A stretch of 64,000 nucleotides of DNA from positions 20,832,001 to 20,896,000 of the forward strand of contig NC_088860.1 in the NCBI RefSeq assembly GCF_963853765.1. The letters run 5' to 3'. The stretch comes from Magallana gigas (lineage: Eukaryota). The translations under genes were made by a program, and so were the position numbers. Positions 1 to 15,039 of this stretch are shown in pieces. The first letter of the stretch is position 1. Each line of letters opens with the position of its first letter. The notes beneath the pieces were generated by a model. The model was not told where the DNA came from and searched no databases. It saw nothing but the letters and a program-made list of their open reading frames with translations.

Positions 1-526
1 AAATAAAATTTTATTGTGACTTCTAACCCGGTAACACCATGGACATTAATTGTCGACTCAATGTGCATAAAAAGTTTTTTTTAGTATTTGTTAATGTAAT
101 TCTTTGTGTTTAAGTATTGTTAATGCAACTCTGATGTTTCCTTTATAAAATAAAACTTTCAAAAAGTTAGAACTTGGCATTTATTTTCTTAGAATGTTGC
201 TGGTGGAAATTGGACCAATTTTGAAAATGGCTCATAAGCAAAATTAGATGTAGTTTTTTTAAAATTATAATTTTCTTCTATTATCATAATCCCGCATGTA
301 CCTTAAACCATAGTTTCTAAATACATTGAACCTCATTTTAGTAGCATTTGGTATTATGATAAATCATTTTTAAATCAAATGAAATGAACGGTTATTTCAG
401 TTTTTATTACTGTTCCGCAAATGAAAGTAAAATCCATGTATTGTTCGATGTTTACACCTCTTCTCTTTTATCTATATTTGGTTATTGGACATGTTACAAT
501 GTTTTGAATATATTTGTCTGTTTTAG

Positions 527-699
527 GTACTTTGAAAGAAAGAGGAATTGAGGCATGGCAGAAAATGATCGACGAAAAAGCATATGATATGGAAGAATTC
601 GATGGTGACGTCACGATTTATGATATCCCTCTCCCGCGATTTTTGAAAGAGTCCAAATTGTTCCGGCGTTTACCATTCATTCCTCCATTGCGTGATTAG
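527..699 (+). CDS. Terminal coding exon of an SLC23 (ascorbate/nucleobase transporter) family gene; upstream exons lie outside the window
   Basis: Acceptor ttttag at 521-526 (phase 1). The peptide GTLKERGIEAW...YDIPLP...LFRRLPFIPP* matches the SLC23A1/2 C-tail pattern (GT.EERGI..W...Y.LP...LP..P). The paralog cannot be assigned. Confidence 0.8.
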
Positions 700-1106
700 G
701 TGCTCTATCAAACATAACGGATGGCCTTAACTAGTCATTCACGTTACATGTAACTAAGCATAGTAACTGTAATTAAACAAAATAACTTTAACTACGTGTA
801 TTTCCTTGTTTACACTGATCATTTGTAATAATAAGCAATTTTAAAATTCTATTAACATGTTGTTACTTCGTTTGTGATTTCATGATTCATTTGTGTTGTT
901 AAAAGAGTATGTCATTTTCAAAGTACTATTGACTGAAAATTCAAATTATAGTATAAAAAAAGAAGCACCATTGTTTCATACGATTGTTTGTTGTTCATTT
1001 CTGAATAAATTCTTCTCTGTTTATGATTATCAAAATGTTTTTCAATTTTTCCATCTTGTGTTTACTGTTTTTTGTGCCAGATGTCATCAATGTAATTTTA
1101 ATCTTT

Positions 1107-1640
1107 TTAGCATCTTTCTAAATTCCTCACTAAAAATTGAATTCCTTGCATTTGGATCGCCATTACTTTCATGCAGTTTTCCACGTGATCTATAAAAACT
1201 TGTCGGTTTAAATTTTTCACCTTCCAAAATTTATGATAGTGATGTTTTAATACTTTTTTCTGTCTTCGTTCTAGTCTATATTTATTTGACTTGCATCCTC
1301 GTACTTTTGAAAGCTTGAGTAGATTTAATTGTCTTACATTTATTTTCTTCATTATTTTTTTCCCCATCTTAAATACAGATAGTTAGGTGATCCCTTTTGC
1401 TCTGACCCTCTACAAAATGTAGCTTTCTTATTCTAACATAAGTTGTCTAATTTTCCTCTTCAAGTTGTTTCGAATTTGTCTGAAACTTGTCATTTGTGTG
1501 TTTCACTCTATGTACAGTGTAGCCTTCGTATTAACTTTCTAATTTTTTAAATCTTTTTCACTATTTCGTGTGATCATCCACTAGGCGATTTCGGAAGTTG
1601 TTTTTAGAGTGTGATTTTCTTTGCATAGTGTTCCTTATAC
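1107..1640 (-). mobile_element. Possible decayed non-LTR retrotransposon fragment
   Basis: Broken minus-strand frames give FRQIRNNLKRKIRQL and YHKFWKVKNLN, resembling the linker between endonuclease and RT in LINE ORF2. No RT motif was seen. Confidence 0.25.
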
Positions 1641-4600
1641 TCTTGTTTAAAATCGGTTAATGGTTATTTTTTTATATAATATATACAGCATGATTTTTTT
1701 CTATATGTTTGAATAGGCAACGTTTTTCAAGAAATGTCACAAAAATATTTTAAATTTTAAAACAAATCTACAATATTCATAGCGTAGCAATTTCAACCTA
1801 CAATGAAGAAGAATAATAAGCATTTAATAAATAAGTATCAACTTTAAAAGTAATTATCATAATAATGAAAAAAATGATTGGTATACAAAGACAAAACATC
1901 AAAATACAATATCAAAGTTTCAACATGTGATGCAAAGTCTAGCATTTGTAATGAATAGATATAAGATCATCGTATATGGCCAAAGCATATGATCAAAAAT
2001 TGTTAGCAAATTATGATTAAGCTGCTGCATATTAATATATAATGAGTAATATTTATATCTATCTCCATATAACGAAGGAGTATCGACTTAAAAAGACAAC
2101 GATTCTCAAATACTAGCAATGAAGAAGTGCAATTTCTGGCCTTATCACATCAGGAATTTTATTCAGATATCTTGGGGCAGTTAGAACACAAGTTCATTCG
2201 GTAAAATCAAAGAATAAATCAATTTCAAAGATTCTAGTCTTAATTTTGAAATACTGTATAAAAAACTTCAAATTGAATGCATTATGAGACAAACAATGTC
2301 AGATAAGGCGTTAAATGGCGACTTTTTTCAAACGTTTTCAATAGATGAAGGTAATAAGGCAATGTTATTAAAGTTTTCGTGACTGTGAAATCACAAAGAA
2401 AGCTGTGTGCACCCGCCTCAATCTTTTCCCATAGGCCATTATTTATTGATTGTTTTTCAAGACTTTTCCATCAATAATTGGATCGTTATGTCAAAATAAA
2501 TAAATAAATAAAATTTAATAAAGAAACATTTTTGTAAAAAAAAATCTAATGATGTATTAGTAATACCATCACCCACACGCATCTAACACCCAACGAGATT
2601 GACAACATATCCAAATAAATGTAAATCCCTCTTTAAAAACTTGTTCAAATCTCATTTTTTATACGCTGAATTTTCTAGTGGATATCGTGATTTGAATAAA
2701 TTAAATTTCACTTGACACCAGAAACATTTTTTTTCTAAAAATTTGGGTTGATTAGTTTAAAAAAAATGAATTTTTAAACAGAGAGTGGCCTTATACACAG
2801 AAACGCATTTGGCAAAAGGATAAAGCGAAATTTAGCGGCCATGGACAGTTTCCACTCATCCTAACACATGTCGTGTAATATTAATTTCGATATGAAATAC
2901 TGCATATTAACCTGACAGTGTTTTAAAAATTCGGATTCTACGTCAGCGATACCTAAACATTTTAATACTTTTAGCCTTGAACTTGCAGAATCAATTCCTT
3001 TACGGGTCCTTGAATTTATATCTAAACCAATTTCTTCTTTCAACAAATGTGTTTACAGTAGTTTTGATTGAATTTTGAAACCTATCCAACAAAAATCGAT
3101 GACAAACATGGTTGACTAAACTAAGCAATTATAATAAGTTATTCAACCATTTAATATCTTTAAGTGATAACGTAATAAGAAATTCTATTTAATTGTATTG
3201 GTAATTCCTCAAAGGGAATTCCAAAGTAATTTTTGGTCCGATCTAGTAAACAATTTCGAAATTATAAATTTACACACGTAAACAAGACATAATCTCAAGG
3301 TCGCTATATACATTTTTACTTATTTGTGTATATTTCAGACCACACTCGCCTAAGATGACCAGTTTATGGAAATTTATAGTACTTCTAGTTAAATAATAGT
3401 ATTTGATAGTACCTTAGTATTTTGGGGGAAATCTGCATCAACGCGTTTTATTTTTCAGACATACAACATTTCTACCTATGTCTGATATCAAGATTCACAA
3501 AAAGATGGTAAAAGTTCATTTTTATTTACACTAGTACGTCTAGTGCAAAATGAACTCGGGTCAGTCAAAGAGATGCCACATTTACTAAGCACATTCACGC
3601 AAAAAACGAACTTTACTAGTTCTCTAGGTTATGAACTTTTAAGACTTTTGACGAGTTTCTTGGAAGCTCCGGTTATTTTTTTTTATTATAACAAAAATTA
3701 CACAAGCTTTTGATCACAAAAATTTCTTAAATACACTATTCTATTTCTTGATCATGATAAGATTTGATAAAATTGCATATTTCTTCTTAACATTTACACC
3801 GTCATTAATCTTTAAGCAGTTCTAGCGAATTTGTTGTGAAAGAAAATGAAAGCTTCAGGGCAAAGTTTTTCCTATCATTCGTTTGTGTTTCGTGGAGATT
3901 TCAAACGTTAATCCCAACAATAGGCACAATTCAATTCATTTGACATTCATGTTTTCGTTTCGCCGATTTCCGTCCTATTTGTTTCGATTAGATGAAATTC
4001 ATTCATAGAACAGGTTGATTATGCCTTTGTACAACATACGCCAATAACAGCAACAACAACGAGCTAACTAAACAACTAGACATTATTGTTTGTAAATCTA
4101 TCCGTTTCATAAGAAGCTTTGTTAATCTTGTCTCAAGACAAGACATGGCGACCATTCGATAATTCTTAGATTAATGGACATTAAGGTTGCTTTTTATGGT
4201 ATATCATTGCAGAGTTCTTTAAATTTGTCTTTTGTTACAAAACATCGTGGAGGGGTCAATGATTTTAGGTCATCGACTAGAGAGAAGGGTTGCGTTTAGG
4301 TAAGAAAGAAATATGATTTTTATTTTCGTTTGCTTCAGTTTTATTTTAATGTTCTTTGCAAAAATCAGTAGATTGCAAAGTTGTCACGTACAAATTTTGA
4401 TTCTTAATTATCTAAATTTTTGTGTAGAAGTTTTTGATGTATATTGATTACGATTTATTTCACTAACATTATTCGGACGGTCGTGTATTAAATGATACAG
4501 AAAAAACAATAATTGATTTTAATATGCAATTACCATATTTGTCATGGGTACTTTACAGTCTAAGGATATGTGTTTGGAATCCATCAACTTAAATGTCAGT

Positions 4601-5106
4601 TAGGCCAAAAGAAACTTAATAGTATGTAATCGAAACCTAGTACTGAGCAATAAATTGATTTATTACTCTCCCCGGCCGGCTTTTTCTTTCATTTCATAAA
4701 TTGCACAGATCGACTTCACTTAATATCCATCATTTTGTTAATTCGATGCTTGCTTGTTTCTGAATTTTTAATCCAGTTAAAATCAATATTAAAAATGCTT
4801 CGTAATGGCATTAGACAAAGGTTTCGATTTATCAACATCAAAATCAAAATTTTGATAATGCTAGAAAAGTCAAGCGAAATGTTCGCTATAAGCCTTGGCT
4901 TTTTTTAATAGATTGTTAACTTATAGAAATATTAATATAGATTTTCTCCGATATCGAGCAGTATTATGAGCCGAAAATATTAATCTAGAACGGGGTACCT
5001 ATATATGTAATTTTATGTATAAATGATACTCAACAAATTCCCTAATGAATTCAGCCTCACATCATGTCGGGGTTTTTTTCTCTCATAGAAATTCCATAAA
5101 TTTCCC

Positions 5107-6550
5107 ATGATGGCAACAAGGCTAAACTTTAACCAACCACTCTGGAAGAATGACAAAAATCGCCATTCCTCCGTGAGTTCACATGTGTCGAAGTCAGATG
5201 GAGACCTCAAATCCCAAAGAGTTAAGCGAACCAAACCAGAATGGCAGAATCGGCCTCGGTCTATGAGTTCGGAAACCAATGTTTTTGATAATTCATCAAC
5301 ATCGACTGGATTCGTGGAAATGGATATGCATAATGCAATGACAACGTATCTTCCGCGAACCAACACCCCTTTAGATTTTAACGCCGTCTACGAGACTTCG
5401 AATGATGTGAAGAGGATTCGGCGTCTGAGTAGCGGACGCAACAGATCAGTGACGCCATCTAGAGGGCGACAGGTGGCGTCATTTATGGGCAGTGTCGATT
5501 TGTCAATGGATGGCAGACAGAAGAATCATTTCATCGAAACACAGAAAGTGTATGATGTGGACCGAGAACAGAAAATGCGTCAAAGAGAACTTGTGTCAAA
5601 ATATTCGACATCCCGATCCCGATATATTCAGGAGCAACTACGAGAACAGCGTGAGGCCGCCAGGCAAAGGGTAAAAAAAGAAAATCAAATCTTAAGTCAG
5701 CTTAAAAAGATGAGGAGAGAGTTTCAACTAGAGAAGGAGTGGCGGGTACGATGCCAGTACGTCACAACCAGAGTTCTGGAGCACGAAAGGATGGACCGTG
5801 AATTGTATGGACTTCCGCTAAACGTCCAAGCAGATTTCTTCCCAAAGAAGAGGAAACCTAAGAGGCTTGTGACAATCAACCAAAACATTCCTAAAGAAAC
5901 TTCGCGGTACCAGAATAAATCAGTGCAAACCGTTCCAAATTTTTATGGCATAAATTACCCGACAATTGAGCCTCGGTTGAAACCTCCGTCTTTCAGTTGG
6001 AAAAACAAGCGGAAAACGGGTAAATTATTATTACATGCATTTGTAAATCAAAAGATACTTTTATTGACGCAATCTTTCAATGTGCTTATTATAGTTGAAA
6101 GACAATTATCACGATACAAAGTAACAAAAATTTGTTGCCGTATGAAAATTTAAACAATTATATTAATCAACCACTGACAATCGTTACAAGTATTTGCACT
6201 TTACATTTTACTTAAAATTTACTAGGTGTGTGAATTTTGCTTATGCACATGTGGCAAACGAATAAATCTGTTCACATAATTTTTCTAATATTTTTATTTT
6301 TTTTTATTTTATTTATTTTTTTTTTTGTTTTTTTGTAGACAAAAGCTGTGAAAACCATTTCAAAGAAAGAAATTCTGGTAACAACATCCGAGAAAATCAG
6401 GAAATGTCGGCTTTGAAAAACAAAACTATATCCGAGAAAAGCCCAGTGACAAGAAGTTCCGGACAACGTGTGCTGGTTCGTTATTCATTGGACAGGCCAA
6501 ATAACATCCGTGCAGAACCGACGGGGAAAAGAACTGCTAGGGTGAATTGA
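5107..6550 (+). CDS. Uncharacterised basic protein with a coiled-coil segment (orphan paralog A), ~374 aa
   Basis: join(5107..6019,6339..6550). Donor G|gtaaat is phase 1; the acceptor tttgtag is followed by an open frame to TGA at 6548-6550. Shares a ~45-aa motif with the gene at 10193. Confidence 0.8.
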
Positions 6551-9500
6551 TTTTGAGAACGGTCAGTGTTGAAGCGAGAAAATACATTGTATAACACATT
6601 ACATGGACAGCTGTGAGTTTTTTTATTCTGTCATGAGATACACCTGTCAGTTGTGGAGTTTTGGGACATGTGTACAAATTATGTTGATTATCATCTAGAA
6701 ATCAATCACAATCTTCTACAACAACAACAAATACTGCAGAGATACAGAATTTCATTTATTTTTACGGTTTATGCTACGATGAACCATGTTATATTTTCTT
6801 CTTGAAAATTTTTCTGTTTTGTAAACTAGCTGACTTGTGTGTGCATCAGATGCAAGGTGAAAAAAAAACTATGGAATTTTAGTTCAGGTCAGAGAGTAAA
6901 ATTATCAAACAAATAAACTAGTAATGAAACGTTTTCATAACTCAAAACACTTTTAATGAACTGGCGATATACCAACAAACGAGTTCAAATGGGTTTAATA
7001 TTCTTTAAAACATTTTTGCTAACATAACCAGAATCGAAAAGAAGCAGGTGCTCGCAGGGACAGTTCATGCCATGATTTTGTGCACACCGCTGCTTATATA
7101 CTATTAATTCAAATATGATTCCTTTATAACATTAAATCGTTTTTTCTTTTCGGGGAGGGAGCGGTTGAGAATTCGTAACTGCGGTTTCAATGAATTCATA
7201 TTTGTTTTTTAAAAAGCGGGTTTTTTTTTAAAAAACTAAACATACATTTTGTATGTAGATAATTATTTTTTACTGTCACTTTTAAAACAAAATTTAAGCA
7301 ATTCAGTATAAAATTGCTTGATTTCAACAGAAAGTTATGTAACGACTTTAAGATAAGACCTTTAAAAGAATCGCTCTAGCGTTTGATGTAAGATTGGAAA
7401 GTCTACCTACTGTTGGATAATTACCTGGTATGTATGTGTAATATATATACAAAAACTTAGCTGTTACTTTGATAATGAAGAAAAATAAGTTTGTCATGCA
7501 ATTTCATAAAAAGAGGAGCATGATTTACTTTACAAATAGCGCATTTTTTCTTCTTCTTTTTTTTTTTTATTTCCAAGTTTGAGACAGTTCGATTACTGGT
7601 GTTATTGTGATGTTTCCCATTCAAACAAAATGCGTTCCTCCTTTTCAGATATAGTTAAACTACAATCGCTGTCTTCTTCAGTGAAGACACCACTTCTTTC
7701 TAGCACAAGGGTGCTAGGTATGTAATCGATTTTTCTGTTTAATCATGGGTAAAATGTCATGGTAACATAAAAACGCATTTACTGTACCTATAAAGCATCT
7801 ATTAAACTGGATTATAGGGTACAGACTTGAAAGTGGGGTCTTTTTAAATTGGGTCAAATAAGCCAAAAAAATGAACCCGATAAAAAAAGGATGGTTACTG
7901 CTATTTGATATATTTGACATTCATGTAATAAATTCTAGATGTTCAATTATTCATAAGATCATATGTGATCATTAGAGGGTGTCTGATGTATATGATATAC
8001 TGCGTGCACAAATTACTCAAATCTAATGTTTCATGGAAACAGTTGGGTCTTTCAAAACCAATTTACCGAATACTAAAGGTGCATTAAAAGGTTTACGGTT
8101 GCATTAGGTCGGTTTCTACGAGTGCGTGGGATGAATACCATATCCCGGGTGTATTGTTATTTGTCAATAAGCTGCTTCAATATAAGATCAACCTCATCAT
8201 ATTAAAAATTGGCTGTATCCTTGAAGTCTCTACCCCCTAGAGAGGGAAGTCTGTTGCAATCAGTCCACTTAAGGTACATGTACATCTTCAGGACTTTTGT
8301 CAAAGCTACGGAAGCTACGGAGACAGCAGTACACGTAAAGAAGACTACTGTATATTTTGACAACTCTCTTCTTAACATAAACGAAATCTGGTTTCTTTCT
8401 GAGGACATCGTTCATGAGCATGAACTATAGTACATATATATTAGGCATGTAGCAAATATAAAGTACTCTCTAGATGTTAAACCATTAAGTATAATGAATT
8501 GCATTATTTTGACTTAATGTCTTTTTAATACAAGTATGTCGTTATATCTATTATATATCACATTAATATTACAAGATAACCCTCTTTCACATCTCCATAA
8601 CCAATCTAATTCAAACTAGATAAGTAGGATCAAAGGTATAATTTCAATGAGACTGCTCAATACCGACTACCTGCCGGCGATTTTGAGGCAAATAAATGGG
8701 TTTTAGGCCTACTATCTGTAGACCGTCAGTCATCGTGTAGTCCGACTTTAAACTTAGGGGTTGGGGGGGGGGGTTGCGACGGGTGTGATTTTTCATTTAT
8801 TTTTCTTCGATGAGTCAAATTATATGTATCGGTGACTGATGACCGAATCCGAAAAGATGTTACCACGTTTAAAGCACAGGTGTTAGAGCATCACAAATAA
8901 TGACTTAGTGTACGATAACATCCCGATGAATGGAACTTTCTTTTTAAATTTTTTGGTGCCAATACAATTGACTGATTTTCTCGGATGCTATCGTAACACA
9001 ATCTATTGTACAACAGTGACTGAAAGAGTTTTACTCCCGTTACTTAGCATTTCTTCGTAAAAAGTTCGCCATCTTCGTATGACATGGTTTAATAGGATAA
9101 TAGAAGATCGCATATTCATTTTAAAGACATGTTGAGAAAGGACATGATACACATGCATATATGTATTTGTCTACTATGTTTTGCGATAATATCAACCCGT
9201 TTTTGGTGAATAAATCATGAGGACGCCGGTTCTTGTTTTTTTTGTTTTTTGGGGGTTTTTTTTGGGGGGGGGGGGATAGGGGCTGGTAGACTGGGGTTTG
9301 TTCTGGTTTGACCGCAAGGTAGTAATTTTTATTTAAAATGGATCAGTATAAGTTCCTTTCTTCTTTTAATCTACAAAGGTCGTTTATTTTCCCTCAATTT
9401 TCAGATTTTTCAAATAGATGTGCGCTGGATTGCTTTACACAAACCAAATTAATAGCGTCATATTTCGGCCGTTCGTTTTCTCTTCATGTAAATTAATGAC

Positions 9501-10192
9501 GAAATTATCACAAGACATTTTTTTTCCAATTCGAAAATGGCAGTACTAGTCCAAACGGAATTTACACCTATTGTCATGTGCCAAATTATGAAATGAGTGT
9601 AAATCAAAAGTACGTAACCCGAACTCACTCGTGACGGTCGACAAGTCTAGACAATAATATCCAATCAAGATTAAACTGCTATCAGAAGAATTGAATAAAG
9701 TTAATTGGCTTAATGATGTATGCTAGCGTCATCTTGTTTTGTTGTTTGTTTGTAAGTTGTTATAAAAACAGCTTTGGCGGTTTACATAATAGAAGACTTT
9801 AAATGTCTCTCCAGAGAAATTAAAGTTTCTCACCAAGACCTTTTTTCTTGTACTTTAAATTTTTAAAACCTCTTTTATTGATAATTACCAGCCATGCATG
9901 GTCAGTGATGTGATCTATATGAAGCGTGCTATCTCAAACTCTCTTTCACCCCCAGAGGTTTAAATATTTTCTCAATTAAAATCCAGGGAGAAAATGTTTT
10001 GTACACGTAAGAGAATACAGTTTGAAAAGGGCAGACGTTCTTGAAAGTGTAGGATAAAAGTTTTTGGAAATCCCGTCGAGTAGGGTTTTATGCAATTCTT
10101 AATTAAATAGAAAAAATTACGGAAAGTTAACCATTAATTCCTCAATAGGCTGGTGATACGGATGAAGCACAACTGACTTAACGAGGAAAAAC

Positions 10193-13080
10193 ATGTCAGA
10201 TTCGAAAAGGAAATCTGGAAGGACGTCGAAAGACCCGGGGAAAGTATCGCCTAGAAAAGAAAATGGAGAAACTCAAAAGCCGGGAAGGCGATCGGTAAGT
10301 TTACCACCAATCAAGAAAGAGAGAACACCGAGGTCAGATAGCCGGGTTACTGGGTGGCATAAGCGGACAAGGAGTCTGGAGCCCTCAGCAGACGACAACA
10401 GGAAACGACAATCGAGAAACACACACGGCCGATTCACGCCCCAAACGACGACACAGCAAGATGTATGGACCATCTACAACGCTAAACCAAGACTTGTTAC
10501 CCCTTACCGCCCGGAAAGCTCGTTATCCATGGGAAAAGCTCGGACCTCCCGACCCAATAGTAGCAGCTCTCGGATTTCGGAATGGCGTAAGGATACTGAG
10601 GCGGCTTACGATACCGTCAGTCAAAGAAATTTGCGAGCTAACAATCTTGTGAAGAAATTTGTTACAATCACCTCCAAATTCGATCGGGAAGCTGAGAAGA
10701 ACAAGAGAGAACGCGAACGCAAAAATAGAGAGGCACGTGAAAAGTTTATGAAGGACTTGAAGGAAAGAAGGAGGGAGTTTGCTATGAAGAATTATAAGCG
10801 TGTAGACCAACAGTTTGTTACGCCAAAGGTTTTGGAATACGAAAAGGACCGTAGAAACAGTTACGGTCTTCCACAGAATCTATTAATCGACGTTGATTAC
10901 CCCAAGGTAAAAAAGAAACCTAATTCGTCAAAGACTTCAACTCAGAAACACTCACAGCTTCCCCCGAGTACTAAGTATGGACTTAAAACGGACGAGAAAT
11001 CTCAACAGGCCAAAACCAACTCACCTCGAAGGTCACATGACCGTTCTCCAAGTCGTCAGAAAAATTACCAGGAACTGTATAAAATATATTGTCTCCCTGG
11101 CAACAGTCGGATCAAGGATTGGACCAAAGAGGGAAACGCCAGTCTTGCAATTGGTAGGATGAAAATATATTAAACTTTTTTTTCTGTGGTATTTATTGTA
11201 TTAAAAATAAGTTCCAAAACATATTACTAAACTTAACTGGTGTAGAGAGACAACTGATTTAGACCTGGTTTTCACTTTATGCATGTAATTCAATTGATTT
11301 TTATAAGAAGATGAAACCTAACAAAATAAATATCAATGAACATTTCAACTACAGTTGGGACAAATGAATAATGGTTGAACCATTTTAAAAGTATTTACCC
11401 ATTTTACGACAAACGATTACCAGGCGCCTATTCGTTACAACCCAAGTATCAATATCTATCTTGCGTGCTCAAATTGAGATCAATCGGTAAGAACATTAAT
11501 CCAAAAGTTCATGTTGAACATATTAAGCTGGCAAATCAATAAATAAAGAATGGAAGACAAATCTAAATAACGGTTCAAAGCAGGTTTGGATACATTAATT
11601 AAATGTTTGCTTTTTCAAGCGGATTAGTTCTAGAAGTTTGGACATTGACTGATAACATTTAAGCAAAATATTTCATACCTGGCTTTTTCAATAACTTGAA
11701 CCATCTCAGTATATACTAGATGTCATTACAATAATCATAATATTATTTTCACGTTATACTACTATTTTCTTTTTTTATCGCAACTTCCACAAATCATTTA
11801 CAAGATTTGTAAGCAAAGTGATAAAATAAAGATAATTAACCTATCTAGTTGTCGGCTTATCATGGATGTTTAAAATATTTATGAACAAGTATAAACGCTC
11901 GTAAACATTTGATCCATTTAATTGTTAAATCAATTGTAATTCCTTTGATCTATACATCTATTTTCTATTTGTTGGGACTAGGGGTTACCAATGACAGTGC
12001 TTACCAGATTACCAAACGTTCTGTACAAAAATTTGTAACTTTTCATTCAGAAAAATTAACGAATTGAAGCTTAATTGAAAAAAATACGGGTAAAATTATT
12101 ATTTAAGACCCCCCCCCCCCCCCGAACGATAACTACTTCTCCGTGAATTATGTCAAAAAACCTTCCTGTCTTTCAAGGGATATGCATAGCAAGGAATAAT
12201 AGAATGCCATTAAATAAAATGTAAATAGATATAAATTAAATGTCCAAGTAAATAGGTGGGAATTAATTGTATTTTTTCTACAGATTTTGGAGCCTCTCCT
12301 GTTTGTGTCGGTGTCCGGTATTTAAATTGAAAAATGATGAACTCGGTTGACTTGAAGATCTGAAAATACGTTCATTCTATTTTACCTTCGCTGAATAAGA
12401 TCATTCTCATAGCATTTTTAGCAACGACAATTCAAGTTGTTTGTCTTTTTTATGTTGTTTCTTTTAAAACAGACAGAAAGAGTGCGATTAAATTAAATTT
12501 AGTGGTTTCATATCACGCGTCCATTGTTCAAGATCAATTTTAAACTATATTTTTGGAATCCTTGTATGGTTTTTTTTATCGTTGAGCTGACATTCATCTG
12601 GGAAATTTGCGTTACGCTTATAAAGTTTTATGGATTTAATAAGTAATACTTAAATTCATCATTAACGAATTTGATACGTACCAAAACAGCCCCATTATAA
12701 CGTACAAATTATGTCCTAGTTGGAAAATGGAATGATTATAGATATAATTTTTCTAAATTTATGATAATAAGGATTGGTTGTATGATACATGTAATTGTAT
12801 ATTATTTTACCGATTTATCTGTAAATGTACAACACTATATCATTCTAACGGAGTTTATTCAAATCATAAAATATTACTCGTTCATTATTTACTGATTTAT
12901 ATCGGAGGTTGAACTTGTCAATCAATTTTTCTTCATCACTGTGTTTCAGCTTACAGCAGACGATCGAATCACGCAGATAAAGCGCGACCAAGTCTTCTTC
13001 CGTCACTAAGGATGGATGCCTACAAGTCCCCGTATGCAAACAGCAATTACAGATCACACAGGACTGTGCAGGTTTACTGA
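10193..13080 (+). CDS. Uncharacterised basic protein with a coiled-coil segment (orphan paralog B), ~363 aa
   Basis: join(10193..11153,12950..13080). Donor G|gtagga is phase 1; acceptor gtgtttcag gives AYSRRSNHADKARPSLLPSLRMDAYKSPYANSNYRSHRTVQVY*. A 27-nt micro-exon at 12284..12310 is possible but weak. Confidence 0.75.
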
Positions 13081-15039
13081 GGGAGACCACTCTAAATTAT
13101 TGTCGAATTTTTTTTAATTTTTTTTTTATGGCAGATGATGAAAGTTTCGTAAAATCATATTTTCGTTCATGTATTGCCATAGGAAGTAAATTATCATCAT
13201 GCGCTAATACATGTATAAGCGGCCATGAACCCAAATGTACTTTCATTTCTTTATATGTCACTGGATGTATTTCTTTAGCTAGTCTAATTATGTATGGAAA
13301 ACAATTCTGTGATATACGTTTTGATTTACTATTGTTAAATTCATTGCAAACATGATGAATAATAAAGTATATTCCAATGTTAGATGCGGTTGTCTCTTCA
13401 GTAATACATTTTTGTATTCATAGGACAAAGTTTCAATTGACAGATAAATGTTTCATGTGCCATCCAATTGATATCATTCATCAACTGATATTTAAAGTAG
13501 TTTGCTGCCTACCCACGCAAATAACAATGTGAAAACAATCAAACCCAGCAAATGATATCCGTACTATTCTATATCATTGTATATCAGAATGAGCTTCCTT
13601 ACTCTTTAAATGCCTTCCTCAGTTTTTATAACACCAACGGAATTGTTTTTATTGGGATTCATCGTTCGGATCTGGACACCTTTGGGCGTGTCCAAGAGAT
13701 AGAGCGCGGATTACCACTGGCACGTCACAATTTGTTTATTTTTAAGGTAGAACAGCTACCAGTGTTTTAAAGTTGCAGGCATTGATTTTTTTTCCCTAAG
13801 GGTCCTGGCAAAAATCTTGCAATAAATGAAAAATGTGATCCCAACGGTGTAAATTAAACGGCGGTTTTCTTTAAAAGTAAAAAAAAAATAGCGCAATCAT
13901 CTACCATGTAAAGCAATATGTACCATTTCTTTTCTCCTCATTCATATCTTAAAAAGATGTAAAGTAAATGCTTTGAACATCATAAATTTGAGTTTATTAT
14001 TTTTTCTCATAAATAAAAAATATGTCTTTCCTCCATAACCTGATAAACTAAACAGGAATTTACCAACTGACTAAATATTAAAAAAACAGTGGAGTTGATG
14101 ATAATCTAATTCACTGTTCCAAAGATTTGGCATTATTAAGACTGTTGTCAAATATTATTATCATAATTAAAAAAAATTTCATTGTGGGCGCCATTGAATC
14201 TATACAAGCCTTTTAATGATTGACGCTGTGCTTTAGAATATTATTACATTTAGTTCTGACACAAATAAAAGCGATATTTTGCACAATTATTCATTTTTTA
14301 AATTTGCAAAGGAATATTCTTTTAAATTTTTGCAAATGGTTTGATTTGTAGATAATCAATTTTTTGTCCAAATAGTGACATCCATATTTGCATTTATCAT
14401 CTTTTATTTATCCCTTTCTGTACAGATTGGTTGTTAAAAAAATTACTTTTTAATTTAACACTTTTGACATCATTATGTAAATTTGAATTTAACACTATGT
14501 ACGTTTACTTAGCTTTTTGATTTGTACTTGGTAAATTGGACAACAAGATGTATTTCTCGCTTAACCCCCCACCCCCACCCCCAATCCCACCCCCCCCCCA
14601 ACCCCCGTCCACAAGTCATTCGGATTGACGTCAATTACAGTATCCTTTTGTTATATATTATTCCTATTGGAGACGTTCAAAATATTAACCTCTGTGTCGT
14701 AAGTGCTTACTTTACATGCAGTAATCGTGAGACCAAGACTCTTACGTTGGAACTGTAGACAGGCATTTGTGATCCATTTATCTCTTAAATCCAACACTAT
14801 AGCACAATTTTCTTGTTTTACCCTCCCACACTAATAAACACGGATAAACTCCCGGAAGTTTAGCAGATTCTGATTTAAACTTTCAAAATGTTTTGTCAGT
14901 CTCTAAGGACACGTGTCAAAATAATTTTTTTAAAAGACATCGGAAAGATGACCTTTGTTTGCAATTTGACGACAATTGTTTGCAATTTTACGACAATTGT
15001 TTGTGTGCGATGCTACGGTAAGAGGAGCGGGGGATCTTC

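Noticed and set aside
8202-8430. Overlapping 68-73-aa ORFs on both strands in a slightly GC-richer patch
   Set aside because: No recognisable motif, no convincing splice sites, no homology I can identify.
12845-13090. Minus-strand Cys-rich 81-aa ORF suggesting a zinc finger or transposase
   Set aside because: It is the antisense shadow of the phase-compatible last exon of paralog B (12950-13080, plus strand).
14948-15017. Alternative first exon for cystine-knot gene 1 (MTFVCNLTTIVCNFTTIVCVRCY, phase-1 donor G|gtaaga, with a 21-bp tandem duplication)
   Set aside because: Frame-compatible but a poor signal peptide. The exon at 15298-15361 has a classic signal peptide, a perfect donor and the same ending as gene 2's exon 1. 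It cannot be excluded as a minor upstream exon.
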